Source: Pecten maximus
Taxonomy: Eukaryota
Assembly (NCBI RefSeq): GCF_902652985.1
Contig: NC_047024.1
Span: forward strand, 41,850,001-41,914,000
Direction of reading: 5' to 3'
DNA length: 64,000 nucleotides
The notes beneath the pieces are model-generated. The model was not told the origin of the DNA. It ran no database searches and saw nothing but the letters and a program-made list of their open reading frames with translations. This document shows positions 1-10,931 of the stretch, one piece after another; positions within the stretch are counted from its first letter, which is position 1, and the number at the start of each line of letters is the position of its first letter. The position numbers and the translations under genes are program-made.

Positions 1-217
1 TATTTTGATCACTTCGTTTCAAATAATTTACATATGATATGATGAACAGCATGTTTTTACTAATATGTTGAGAGATTTTTTTTTCTGAATTAAAGCGCTT
101 TAACATGTTTAATATTAGTTGATGACAAATTAAAAAGGTGTCTTCACATAAAGGGACATCAATACCAAATACTTGAGTTTACTCGTGAAATGAAGGAATT
201 GGAATAGCAAATCTCAC

Positions 218-3200
218 CTTGTGTGCAGTCTGGTTGATCATATCCGGCTGCGCATGTGCAATATCCGGTCACATGGTCACATGATATTGTATTATTTAAA
301 TGACAAGCACAAACAGATGAACATCCATCTCCGTAAAAACCGGAAGGACACACTTGGTAAAATAAATAATTTAGATATATTTCCATATGATATCGAATTA
401 GAAAACAGTTTTATACTCAAAAGAGATTCTAGCAGGATTTTATTCTTCTAGTGAATAAAGGAAAATTACAATTAAATTGAGTGAAATTTGTATTTAAAAT
501 GAAGACAATGCTGTCAATAAGTTTGAGCACACAAGAACATGTTCATGATTTATATACATATATATATGTACAACCATGTCCCAAAATACAATTGGCTATT
601 ATCCTTAACAATAGTAATGGACAGCTGTACTCGACACATCAACCATTTAAATATCCATTAGCTAGCATTCTTTGTAATACATGTACAAATATTGCTTCAA
701 AGGACAATATACTGTATTCTGAAATATTCGCGTTAAACACGATCGGATATATAAGATTTGAAAAAATGATGTTTTTGATCTGATATATTCATTAAAATTT
801 TATGTAAATATCTCAATAGATTTGATGAGATATATATTGATTTGAATGTAGTAAAAGTATACACTAAACATGATTAAGCAGCAAATGCGGATAATCAAGG
901 GTTGGTTTATGATAGGAATGATGTTGTTTTCAAAATCAGGCATTGACATCTCCACAAATATTTAAAACTATCTTAAGCTTAAGAAATTATATTGTTGATT
1001 ATACTCTGTTCTGTCGAAACTGCTGAATTTGAGCTAGGCTAACGTGACCATTTTTTGTTTTGCTTGTCACACATCAAAGCTCCTTATACGTAAATCGATA
1101 TACAGACTGTCTGTCAAATTCATATATTGATATCAATATCTAATTTTGATAGTTTACACTTTACCTTCAATGCAGTTTGTTCCGCTGTAACCCGGTTTAC
1201 ACACGCACGTGCCGTTAGAACTACAGGTGGCTGTATTGTTTCTGTCACATGTGCACGTTGAAACGCATCCAGCTCCGTACGTCCACAGAGGACAAGCTGT
1301 ACGGAAATAAATCAAAAGAAGTATAAAGGTCATTTGTGACCCTTCGGAACAGTACTACGTGAGGTTGCGATGCTATTGATATCATAGAATATTTCAAATG
1401 ATTTTGCACCAAACAAAACATGGTTCGGGAATATCAAGAGTATTTGTGTATGAAATGTCCCCACATGACTGAGGTAGCCTGAGCAATACACTAAAGACAC
1501 AGTATATCAAGTTTGAGGGAGGAAGGCATTCAAACGATTTAAATTCGCATCATTGTCAATTAGTCTATTCTTAAAGTATCTTACTTTCGTTACAGATAAG
1601 TCCAGTGTAGCCTGTAGTGCACGCACAACTCCCGTTCACATGACTACACGTGAGAGTGTTGTTTTGAATGCATGAACAGTTTTCAGTACATCCTGCTCCA
1701 TACGTATAACCAGAGCAAGCTGAAAATATGACAAAACGCCATTGGCATTATGTAACTCGGAGGAACGATACGCCAGGTTTATCTGTGTACTACGCATGCA
1801 TTAATCAAAATTCTAGCAATCACCATTAAACATTCTGTATTACACATGTGTCTGTCAATTATCAGTGTTGTAAATAAATGTAAGAATACCATATCTGTGG
1901 TTATAGAGATTAGTGTTTAATATATGATGAGTTTACGTCATACGAATACTTACCAGTTTCACAGTTAGTATCGATGTAGCCTGGCTTACACGTGCAGGCA
2001 CCGCTCATGTCGTTACATGTTTCGCTGTTGGCTTGGACACAAGTGCAATCATTTCCACAATCGTTCCCAAATTTCCAAGGAACACACGCTGAAAGAAATA
2101 CAAATCTTAATATATACATTGTGTATCAATTTAATAACCTTAAATATCACTCAAGTTCTGATTATAAGGTGCGTACTTTTTCTGGAAATGTTCCATCGTC
2201 TCGTTTTAGTTCCCGATAAATATTTCCCTCATAATTTTGCCCGTTTCACAACTGCCTTGCCAAATGATATGCTTAACAACCATGTGTTATTGTTTTTATT
2301 TACACCGCAGTGCTTAACCGTGTTCAAAACATTTGACCTCCAACTGTTCTGATGGACTAGCCTCTAGTTGGGACTTATCGGTGTTCGAGTCGTATGGAAT
2401 AAACTTTGGTGATGGTAAAATACACACAGAGATAAAATACATCGCATTGGTCATGACTTTTGGACCAAAACTGGTCATGATTTTCGATAAGTTGAGGACC
2501 TTGAATCATAGACCATTAAAGCAAATCACAAATATACGAAAAAAGGGTTAAAATAGTCACTGTCCCTAATTGTAGTGATTTGAAATATAGTCACGACATT
2601 TATAGGCCTGTGTCAATTCAGGCAAATATTGTCGTCAAAAGAACAAAATGAATAAAAACGAACTAATCATTCCATTTCCTTTGTTTAGCGAATTTATATT
2701 CCAAACACAAAAATACAAAAATTCGTTTTGGAACACTCGTCTCGTCGACAAACTAATTTGGTATTTCGTGTAAACATACTTTGAATACACACATTCATCA
2801 CCTTCAGGTCGGTTTCCGAAATATTTGTCAAAATGAATGGTTTCTTGAATAAAAACAATGATATCATACCTACTAAGTCAAGGGGTTATTGAAGTATCTT
2901 ACTGTGACGTTTGCTTGTGTGGTGTCGTCTGCATAAATATTTGCGCGGAGTAAATTTACAAGTGTTCTGTTAATAAAGCAAACAAACTGAATGGTTTACA
3001 TATTTTAAGATACTCCAATTTTCTCCAAAATCACATAATTTCCAAATATATTTCAATAGACATTTGTCGTTCATTCAATATAGATAATATACTTTTCTTC
3101 ATACGAACTATCTTTTGTCGCGTGGTGACTCGGTTTACCGTAATAAGTTGGTAGATTGGGGGAGTTTTAACATGAACCCCTACGTTTGACGGTTGTTTAC

Positions 3201-6200
3201 CAAGTTTATCTGATTTTCGTAGATAACAGTTAGCATTAGGAAAAGACACTCTAAATCTCGTGTTGTAAAATAACCGTGAGTTGTTTGGGAACCTCGTTTT
3301 GTCTCAACTTGAATATATCGAAACATAATAATCTTTATAAAATGATTCACAAATAAAAATAGCAAAGGGTATCGGTAATATAAGTGTGTATACTTACTCG
3401 ATTCACAGTTTGTCCCAAAATAACCAGAGTTGCATGCACACTCTCCGTCGATACTACTACAGGTCGCCGTGTTGGCCTGAATACACGTGCAATCACTGAC
3501 ACAACCAGATCCATATTTCCACTCACTGCACGCTAATACAAACGAAATTCTGTGTTATTGTATGTTACGTACCTCAAACTTTACTTATACAAATGTATAT
3601 AGAGACCAACCAACCACTTGATTTCCCATAGACTTTAGTGTTAACATTTTCGAGTATTTCATTCAAATTCTTGAATTCAATATGACAATTATGGTTTATA
3701 ACAAAAGTTTAGGGTCTGATATAACACCTAATCAAAAAAAAAGTTGGGTTCTTCAGCTCAAATTTTCTCCAGGGTAGCCATTTTGAAAATGGGTAAATTT
3801 CGCAGTAAAAATTCTCAAAAATCTTAAAAAATTACCTGTTAATTGTTATTACCTGAACTTTGGGGAAAAAAATCAATCGGACTTACGAAATTAATATCAA
3901 CATTTCTTATTGATAGTTACCTATCAGGCTACATATCTATTTTCTCGCTTCATAACATACTGGCCAATCAGTGGCTGCCAGACATTTTATCCTTAGCTCA
4001 ACTTTCTATACACAGGGGCTGTTTCAAAAATCTGTTTTTTCAATTGGTTGGTTGTTCCCTATAACATCCCTTCTTCTTCAACCTATGTGGAAACATGTTC
4101 TGCTTGTTTCGATAAGCAAGAACTTGCTCTCATCACTACGATTTCCGTGGTAAATGTCGACTACTCTACTCACCGAGAAGTTGACAATGCAATATTTTGG
4201 GGATGCATGTTGACAATAATCGTAGGAAAGGTTTATAGACGACAACATGATCGCCTTTGGACGTAGTCTTTTTTTTCTTGTGCGTTATGAAGGCAGACGC
4301 TTTGCGTGTTTGTTGATATGTCTAAGGTTCTATTGAAAACACCGTAGTTCTCATTTTTTGACAAAGTGACATCACCCGTATTTGGCATAGATTGTTTATG
4401 ACGGGTGTCGACGATAAACCTGAAGACACTTATTACTCTAAACACAGGGTTTTATTCTCATAGACATTTTTTTTTGCCTAAGGTCTTCATGCAAATTCGT
4501 TTGTTTTTTTAAATATTTGTTTGCCCTCTTTTTATCGATGTTTGATAATGTATCAGCATTATCTGTTATCTTTAATCAGAAACATGTTCAGCTTTAGCGG
4601 GAAAAATTGAAAATTCGAGAGACGAATTTAATATTTAAAACGATAAATACATTTTTTTTTTAAATTATGTGAGTGGTAAAATAATCCCCTCATACCCTTA
4701 CAATCGATGTCTGACTGTCTGAAGCAGTGAAAAGCGCTCTGGAAATGTACTGGAATACATTTTGTATTATACATATGTACCAAGCAGAATTGACGCAAGA
4801 TCGTTAAAAAACAAAAATATAAAATCAAAAACCATTAGCTTTATGAATCTCGTGTATACCAACCGGTGTCACAAGTAATTCCGGAGTATCCAGGGTTACA
4901 CAAACATTGCCCGTTTTCATTAATACAGCTGGCGGTGTTAGCCTGTACGCATGTACAGTCACTGCTACAACCATCACCATACTTCCAGGCGCTACATGCT
5001 AAAATGAATATTAAAACATTTATTGTTAAGTGAAACATGAACTAATAAAATGTTATCGGTTAATTATAAAAATAAGTGAATTTGCAATTCCTAATGTGTG
5101 TTAACATATGTATATATTTCTGTATTAAGGACTGGGAAATACACGTCCTCTAATCTATAGTCGCCTATCGTCACTCGTGTATTAAGGTGATCATTTAACT
5201 CAACATTTCGTCCCTCAGCTACCAACACACGGCATACCGTTCCTTCATATCGACAAAACAAGTGCTTCGGTGAGGGCTTGTATGTGAGAAAATTGCATGA
5301 AAGACTCAATAGATAGATGTAATATCTGCTAGTGAGATAGAGTAGAGCAAAAAATAAATAAATAGATAAATAAATAAATAAACCTGATCTCTTAGCTGTT
5401 TCATGGTAAAATTATAACGACACTCAATATGTCAACATCTTTTTGATAATTGTTGTGAGTTACATAGGTTGAGTCTAATTGTAGTGAAATCTATTGTTTT
5501 ACTAGAATCAATCCAACTGTATAAGACACTACTGACATAGTCCCATATAGTCACAATAAGGCAAAATTAGACACATACAGACACTTAAAGTCACATATAG
5601 TCACAGTTGAAAACACGTGGGCACGTACATACACCTATCGTCACACATAGTCACAATTAAACACAGATACATAAGGCTTTTGTAGTCAAACATACAATTT
5701 AGTCACAAAAAAACCCACCATAATCCATAAACAGACATGTATAGTCACACTTAGTCACACAATAACCACAGTAAGATACATACAGATAATTTTACTAACA
5801 TATAGTCACAGTAAGGTCAGTTAGGCACAAAAAGTCACATATAGACACAGACACAGAAAAAACATATGTACACACCGATATTCACAAATAAACAAAGGTA
5901 GGAAAGAAAAAGTACAGTTAGTCACATTTAGGCAGATATCCCTAGATGGGCACGGTTTCATAGTTGATAAAATCTTTATTCTATAATTACCATTTTCACA
6001 GTTCGTCCCAATGTAACCTGCACTACATGTACATGCACCGTTCACATTGTTACAAGATGCTGAGTTAGCTTGTACACATGCACAATCACTTCCGCAGCCG
6101 GATCCGTACTTCCAGTCGCTGCAACCTGAAACAAATATTGTAGTTGTTGGATGAAACATTCAACGCGCTCGTATCTAATGGCACAAGTGCTTGTAGACTG

Positions 6201-8101
6201 CAACATTGCCTGATTTCATATAATTCTCATTGTACTTTATCACTTCAGTCGAGAAAACAGTAATTAAATGAAAACCAATTGATCCAACTTACTAGATCCA
6301 CACGTATCACCCCTGTATCCATCTTTGCATTTACAAAAAGGGAGGCTATTCGTGTCACAGGACGCGGTGTTCTGTGAGTTACATACACCGCAAAAGTCAA
6401 CAGGGCCACCCGTCACGGTTCCACAATTGACGATGCAAACTGTGCAAAAAAAGAAGCGGAATCTTTTTTTAAGCACAAGTTCGTCTTTTTCGGATTTGGA
6501 TTTAAAAGAGTTGATTTAGAACAATTACCCTATGTCGTTTAAACATATTTTCAAATTTGTAGCATTGATATATTCATGTGTGAATAATTTCTCCATCTCC
6601 ATTATCAGTGAATTTTGTAAATGTTGATGTTTATATTAACACGGAAACCAAATACGTAAATACAGTTTGTCTTATGTCTATAATCATCTATATGCGGGGT
6701 TCAGGTATCATTCAGAGCTTACCAAACACTGAACTTAAATGATTGAATAATCAAAATTCCCTCAATACAGATAGAATGATGAGTTTTTCTTAATTCATTC
6801 CGTTGAAAAAAAATATGTAAATCAAAAGCGAAGTAACAAATAATGATGTCACTTTTATGATACGGCAGTGCTTGATTATACACAATTATATATATCATTT
6901 AACCATACCTATACCGCCGTCTCCAATTATTGACTCTGGGGCTGTAAATCAAAATTAAACGTCACTTTAAATTGCTCCAAACACGGACGAATATCAAAGT
7001 AAAAGGAATCTCTTCACTTATTTATTAAAAATATACCCTACCTCATACCATGTTGAAAAGGCAAGAAACATTGTCATTTGTTAATGTACAACATACATGT
7101 TTATACATGATATAATGAAGAATCATAATTTGGAGAATAAATGGGGTTTCTAAAACTGCAGACAGGCTCTTCATACGACCTTGGCTATTTCAATGACGTT
7201 TAATCCCTTGGAATGAGAATAATAAACTTATCGGATTAAAAGTGTTTTCTGACTTAAACATTACATTTCTAAGAGGATCATTCACTCTCATAATATTCTA
7301 AAATCATTGTTTCAGGAAACAACTCGCAATGGTAGTAATCTGAATTTCTGTTTGTCAATACACAGTACGTTTTTTTATCAGATATGTAAACACATGGTTG
7401 CATTTTTGTTGAATAATTATTACGGGCAATGCCATATTTCAAACTACATTCCATACGTGCAATGACTTAAATAAACGACACAGTGACACATACATAGTAT
7501 CAAACATGTAGAATTCAGTTAATCAAATGTATACTGAAAATAAATAAATACAAGTGTAATCAATGTTTCAGGATGTGTGTGTGTCAAATAACTTTACCAC
7601 TTCCGGTGAGATTTGCAGCAGGAACAGCTCCTGAAAATGACAAAACCATATTTCACTTATTTTTGCTTGTGAAGTCTATTCAAACAATCTTTTTATTTCA
7701 TTAAGATTGCAAAATTCAAATAAATTTACATATTATTGTATCTGATAGAGGTTTTTATTTTACTAACCACATGATTTAGAAAAAAAAAGAAAAAAAAGAT
7801 ATTGTTCACTATATTCAATTATTACGCATTGCATCATGCGTTACAGGGTGTTTGATACGAGCATGTTTTTCTTCAATGCATGCTGCTTATTTATTCTTAT
7901 CGAGAAGGAACAATTGTGATGTAATATACTATGGGAGCTTACGTTTTCCAAGATGAGTTTTACGTTTCTTTGAGCATGTACTTCCGCTCCATCCATATTT
8001 ACATCGACAACTTCCGGTCACATGGTCACAATAACGGGAATTTCCACGTATGCAGTTACACTTATGTGTACACCCAGACCCGTATGTCCACTCAGGGCAA
8101 G
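218..8101 (-). CDS. Gene A: partial multi-EGF (MEGF10/Draper/Nimrod-like) receptor, close paralog or allele of gene C. Exons 1-2 are missing at the gap and the 3' end runs off the window.
   Basis: GT-AG phase-1 exons in transcript order: 7943-8101, 7598-7630, 6909-6941, 6293-6439, 5991-6125, 4864-4998, 3398-3532, 1954-2088, 1585-1719, 1165-1296, 218-352. EGF exons are 132-159 nt, each with 8 Cys (e.g. CSDWKYGSGCGSDCACVQANSASCNNVNGACTCSAGYIGTNCEN). No stops seen. Collinear with 24535-33345. Confidence 0.85.
3602..4059. mobile_element. 458-bp MITE-like insertion in a gene A intron
   Basis: Imperfect ~20-bp TIRs (gagaccaaccaaccacttga / tcaattggttggttgttccc) flanked by TATA on both sides; absent at the homologous site in gene C (~29180). 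Confidence 0.8.
5525..5930. repeat. Degenerate low-complexity (agtcaca/acacata) intronic repeat; homolog at ~30570-31320
   Basis: Many agtcac(a) motifs. Confidence 0.7.
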
Positions 8102-8160
8102 CTAGATAACAAAACAGATAAGCGAGCAGTTCACATGCACATGTATGATCAGAACTGGAC

Positions 8161-8660
8161 NNNNNNNNNNNNNNNNNNNNNNNNNNNNNNNNNNNNNNNN
8201 NNNNNNNNNNNNNNNNNNNNNNNNNNNNNNNNNNNNNNNNNNNNNNNNNNNNNNNNNNNNNNNNNNNNNNNNNNNNNNNNNNNNNNNNNNNNNNNNNNNN
8301 NNNNNNNNNNNNNNNNNNNNNNNNNNNNNNNNNNNNNNNNNNNNNNNNNNNNNNNNNNNNNNNNNNNNNNNNNNNNNNNNNNNNNNNNNNNNNNNNNNNN
8401 NNNNNNNNNNNNNNNNNNNNNNNNNNNNNNNNNNNNNNNNNNNNNNNNNNNNNNNNNNNNNNNNNNNNNNNNNNNNNNNNNNNNNNNNNNNNNNNNNNNN
8501 NNNNNNNNNNNNNNNNNNNNNNNNNNNNNNNNNNNNNNNNNNNNNNNNNNNNNNNNNNNNNNNNNNNNNNNNNNNNNNNNNNNNNNNNNNNNNNNNNNNN
8601 NNNNNNNNNNNNNNNNNNNNNNNNNNNNNNNNNNNNNNNNNNNNNNNNNNNNNNNNNNNN
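8161..8660. other. Assembly gap (exactly 500 N, probably a placeholder size)
   Basis: Run of N. Confidence 0.99.
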
Positions 8661-9904
8661 TTGTAGTCTGAATGTGAAAATATTCTAATCAAAACTCTTT
8701 CCATCTAAAACTGTAATAAATGTATATTTTGCAAAAGTTCCCTATACAAAGGAAGTGAATATAAATTTGTTTAAATTTGATTATACTTTGTTAAAACTAT
8801 AATTTGAAAAACAATATCTATATGGTTTCTATATTCAAATATGTACCGATTCTAAAGCTGTATACACATGACATTCCTTACATTTGTTAATTGTTTTTGT
8901 TGATACTTTTGTAACTTTGTGTAAATAATTGTTTCACAGCTATATATGCAATATTTCTCATATCATAACCATCAAAGATATTTTAGTTTTTGTTGAAATC
9001 CTTACAATTATCTTCGCAAAACCTTTTGTATTCCTATAATATTAAAAACTTCAAATTCATGTTTACAATTTACCTCAATTGTTATTGTTGAAATCCTAAG
9101 ACTGTGCCAGTATTTTTATGTTAAAGCCATGTTTACAGTTTATACCATTCAATATGTTTGATAATTGTTGAAATCTTAAGACTGTGCCAATATCTAAGTA
9201 TTTTATGTGTCAAAGCCGTGTTTGCAGTAAAATGTAATAACTTAATGCTGATACATGTTACTAGTAAGTTGCATCTTTAACTAAATACTCTTTGAAATGT
9301 TTACTTTTAAGTAAATGTTGTATAGGTTGTTTGATATATATGTGTTTACAAGTTTTATGATTTAAAAATGTTTATAGTTCTCTGTCCAATATATGCAAAT
9401 ACTCAACTATACTATAGATGTTTTAGGTTTTATATACATGTGAAATACCTCATGGATAAGATGAAGCATTATTGATGTATTTTTTTTAAAGGACTGTGCT
9501 TCATCTGCTAAAAGTTTTACAAATACTTAATAAATGTTAAACTATGCAATGAGTTGTAAAACATTATGAATAGAAGTATTGTGTTGTTGTCTCTGTTCAT
9601 ACTCTTTGATGTTAATCAAGATTATAATTTGGTCTTTAGCTGGTCAAGGTGGATTCAGAAATCAGATCGGACATGGCCCTTGGCAGGATGGTTATCATTT
9701 TTTCACACTGTTGTGACCAAAGGTATTGATGTAAATGATTGGATGTGGTACAGTCATTTGTTACCTTGACAGGTAATGTCTAGAGGGTGATCGGTGTTGC
9801 TTAAATGTGTTACCTTTTAAATTTTTCTCTAATGTACTTGACAACTTAAAATGAAGCATAATTTTCTTATTGAAGTGAATGTTTATATAAAAAAAAGGTT
9901 AATA

Positions 9905-9965
9905 GGGAAAATTGAACCCTAGACCTTCAGGTTAATAGTTGAACGTTCTAACCTACTGTGACTGA
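9905..9965 (-). mobile_element. tRNA-derived SINE head or degenerate tRNA
   Basis: Minus strand cagtaggttagaacgttcaactattaacctgaaggtctagggttcaatt has D-arm, anticodon-arm and T-arm-like spacing but is degenerate. Confidence 0.4.
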
Positions 9966-10434
9966 TGCTTTGTAGATTGTGTATCGTTAGAGTACTGGTT
10001 ATTGGCCGTTCCTTCCCCACTGTTGCCGCTACACATACCCATTACATGTTGTGACTTGTTTATTAAAAAAGATCCCCCCTTCACTTTTCTAGACAGACAT
10101 ACATTCTTAGGCCGTACAAGGTTTACTTTCCTCATTGCATCATCTACGAGTATAGGTTGGGGTTATGGGGGGGGGGGGGAATTAAGCACTGGTTTGCATC
10201 CTACATTCCAAGCATACGTAGTCTAAGGTCTTTGCTCCTCCATTACGTTAAGGTATCTTGTGATGTTACACATTCCAGACTTGTCGTGACTTGTGCGACA
10301 TTTTCTAAATATAGGTACTGTGTATAGGTTGATATCAATTAACTCCTCCCTTTCTGACCGCGATTTATCAAATTCCATCAAGAGGATTTGACCTATGGCG
10401 CATTTTGACCATACCGTTCTGGGGGTGGTCCTCC

Positions 10435-10484
10435 CCTTAGGCTATAATCCTCCTACATAGGTAAAGGAGGATTATAGCCTAAGG
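10435..10484. repeat. Perfect 20-bp inverted repeat with 10-nt loop
   Basis: ccttaggctataatcctcct-acataggtaa-aggaggattatagcctaagg. Confidence 0.92.
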
Positions 10485-10611
10485 CTACACATTCCAGGCT
10501 ATTGCATCATCTGACCTTTGCACATTGCATCATCTGACCTTTGGCCATATGACCCGGTCAAGGTCAAATCCTCCGAGGATGGGAGGATGTGGCACCTGTA
10601 AAACCACCCTA

Positions 10612-10931
10612 CTATCGTGCCCTCTCAACACCTCATCTATATCGCATATCGTTCCTTCTCAACACCTTACTTATATCACATCTCGAGCCCTCTCACCACC
10701 TTACCTATATCACATATCGTGCCTTGTCAACACCTTACCTATATCACATATCGTGCCCTCTCAACACCTTATCTATATCACATCTCATTCCCTCTCTACA
10801 CCTTACCTATATCACATATCGTGCCCTCTCAACACCTTATCTATATTACATCTCGTGCCCTCTCTGCACCTTACCTATATCCCCTCTCGGGCCCTCTCAA
10901 AACCTTACCTATATCACATATCGGGCCCTCC
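10612..10931. repeat. 34-bp minisatellite, ~9 copies, derived from the exon/donor junction of gene B
   Basis: Unit gtgccctctcaacaccttacctatatcacatatc, recurring every ~34 bp from ~10621 to 10893. Confidence 0.95.

Larger units (their letters stand above)
1..8160. repeat. Segment homologous to ~24318-33405 (gene A versus gene C), introns included
   Basis: Collinear intron and exon similarity with indels, e.g. gatcacttcgtttcaaataat near 7 and near 24324. Confidence 0.95.

Noticed and set aside
2480-3165. Transposase fragment in the A-specific extra sequence
   Set aside because: No convincing motif on manual translation; needs BLASTx.
7931-8704. Long ORFs of X residues
   Set aside because: Artefacts of translating the N gap.
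8661-9560. Possible 3'UTR of an unseen plus-strand gene (T-rich, AATAAA)
   Set aside because: No coding exon or other support visible; composition alone is insufficient.
9905-9965. Functional tRNA genes here and at 59535-59596
   Set aside because: No intact acceptor stem or cloverleaf; kept only as tRNA-derived fragments.
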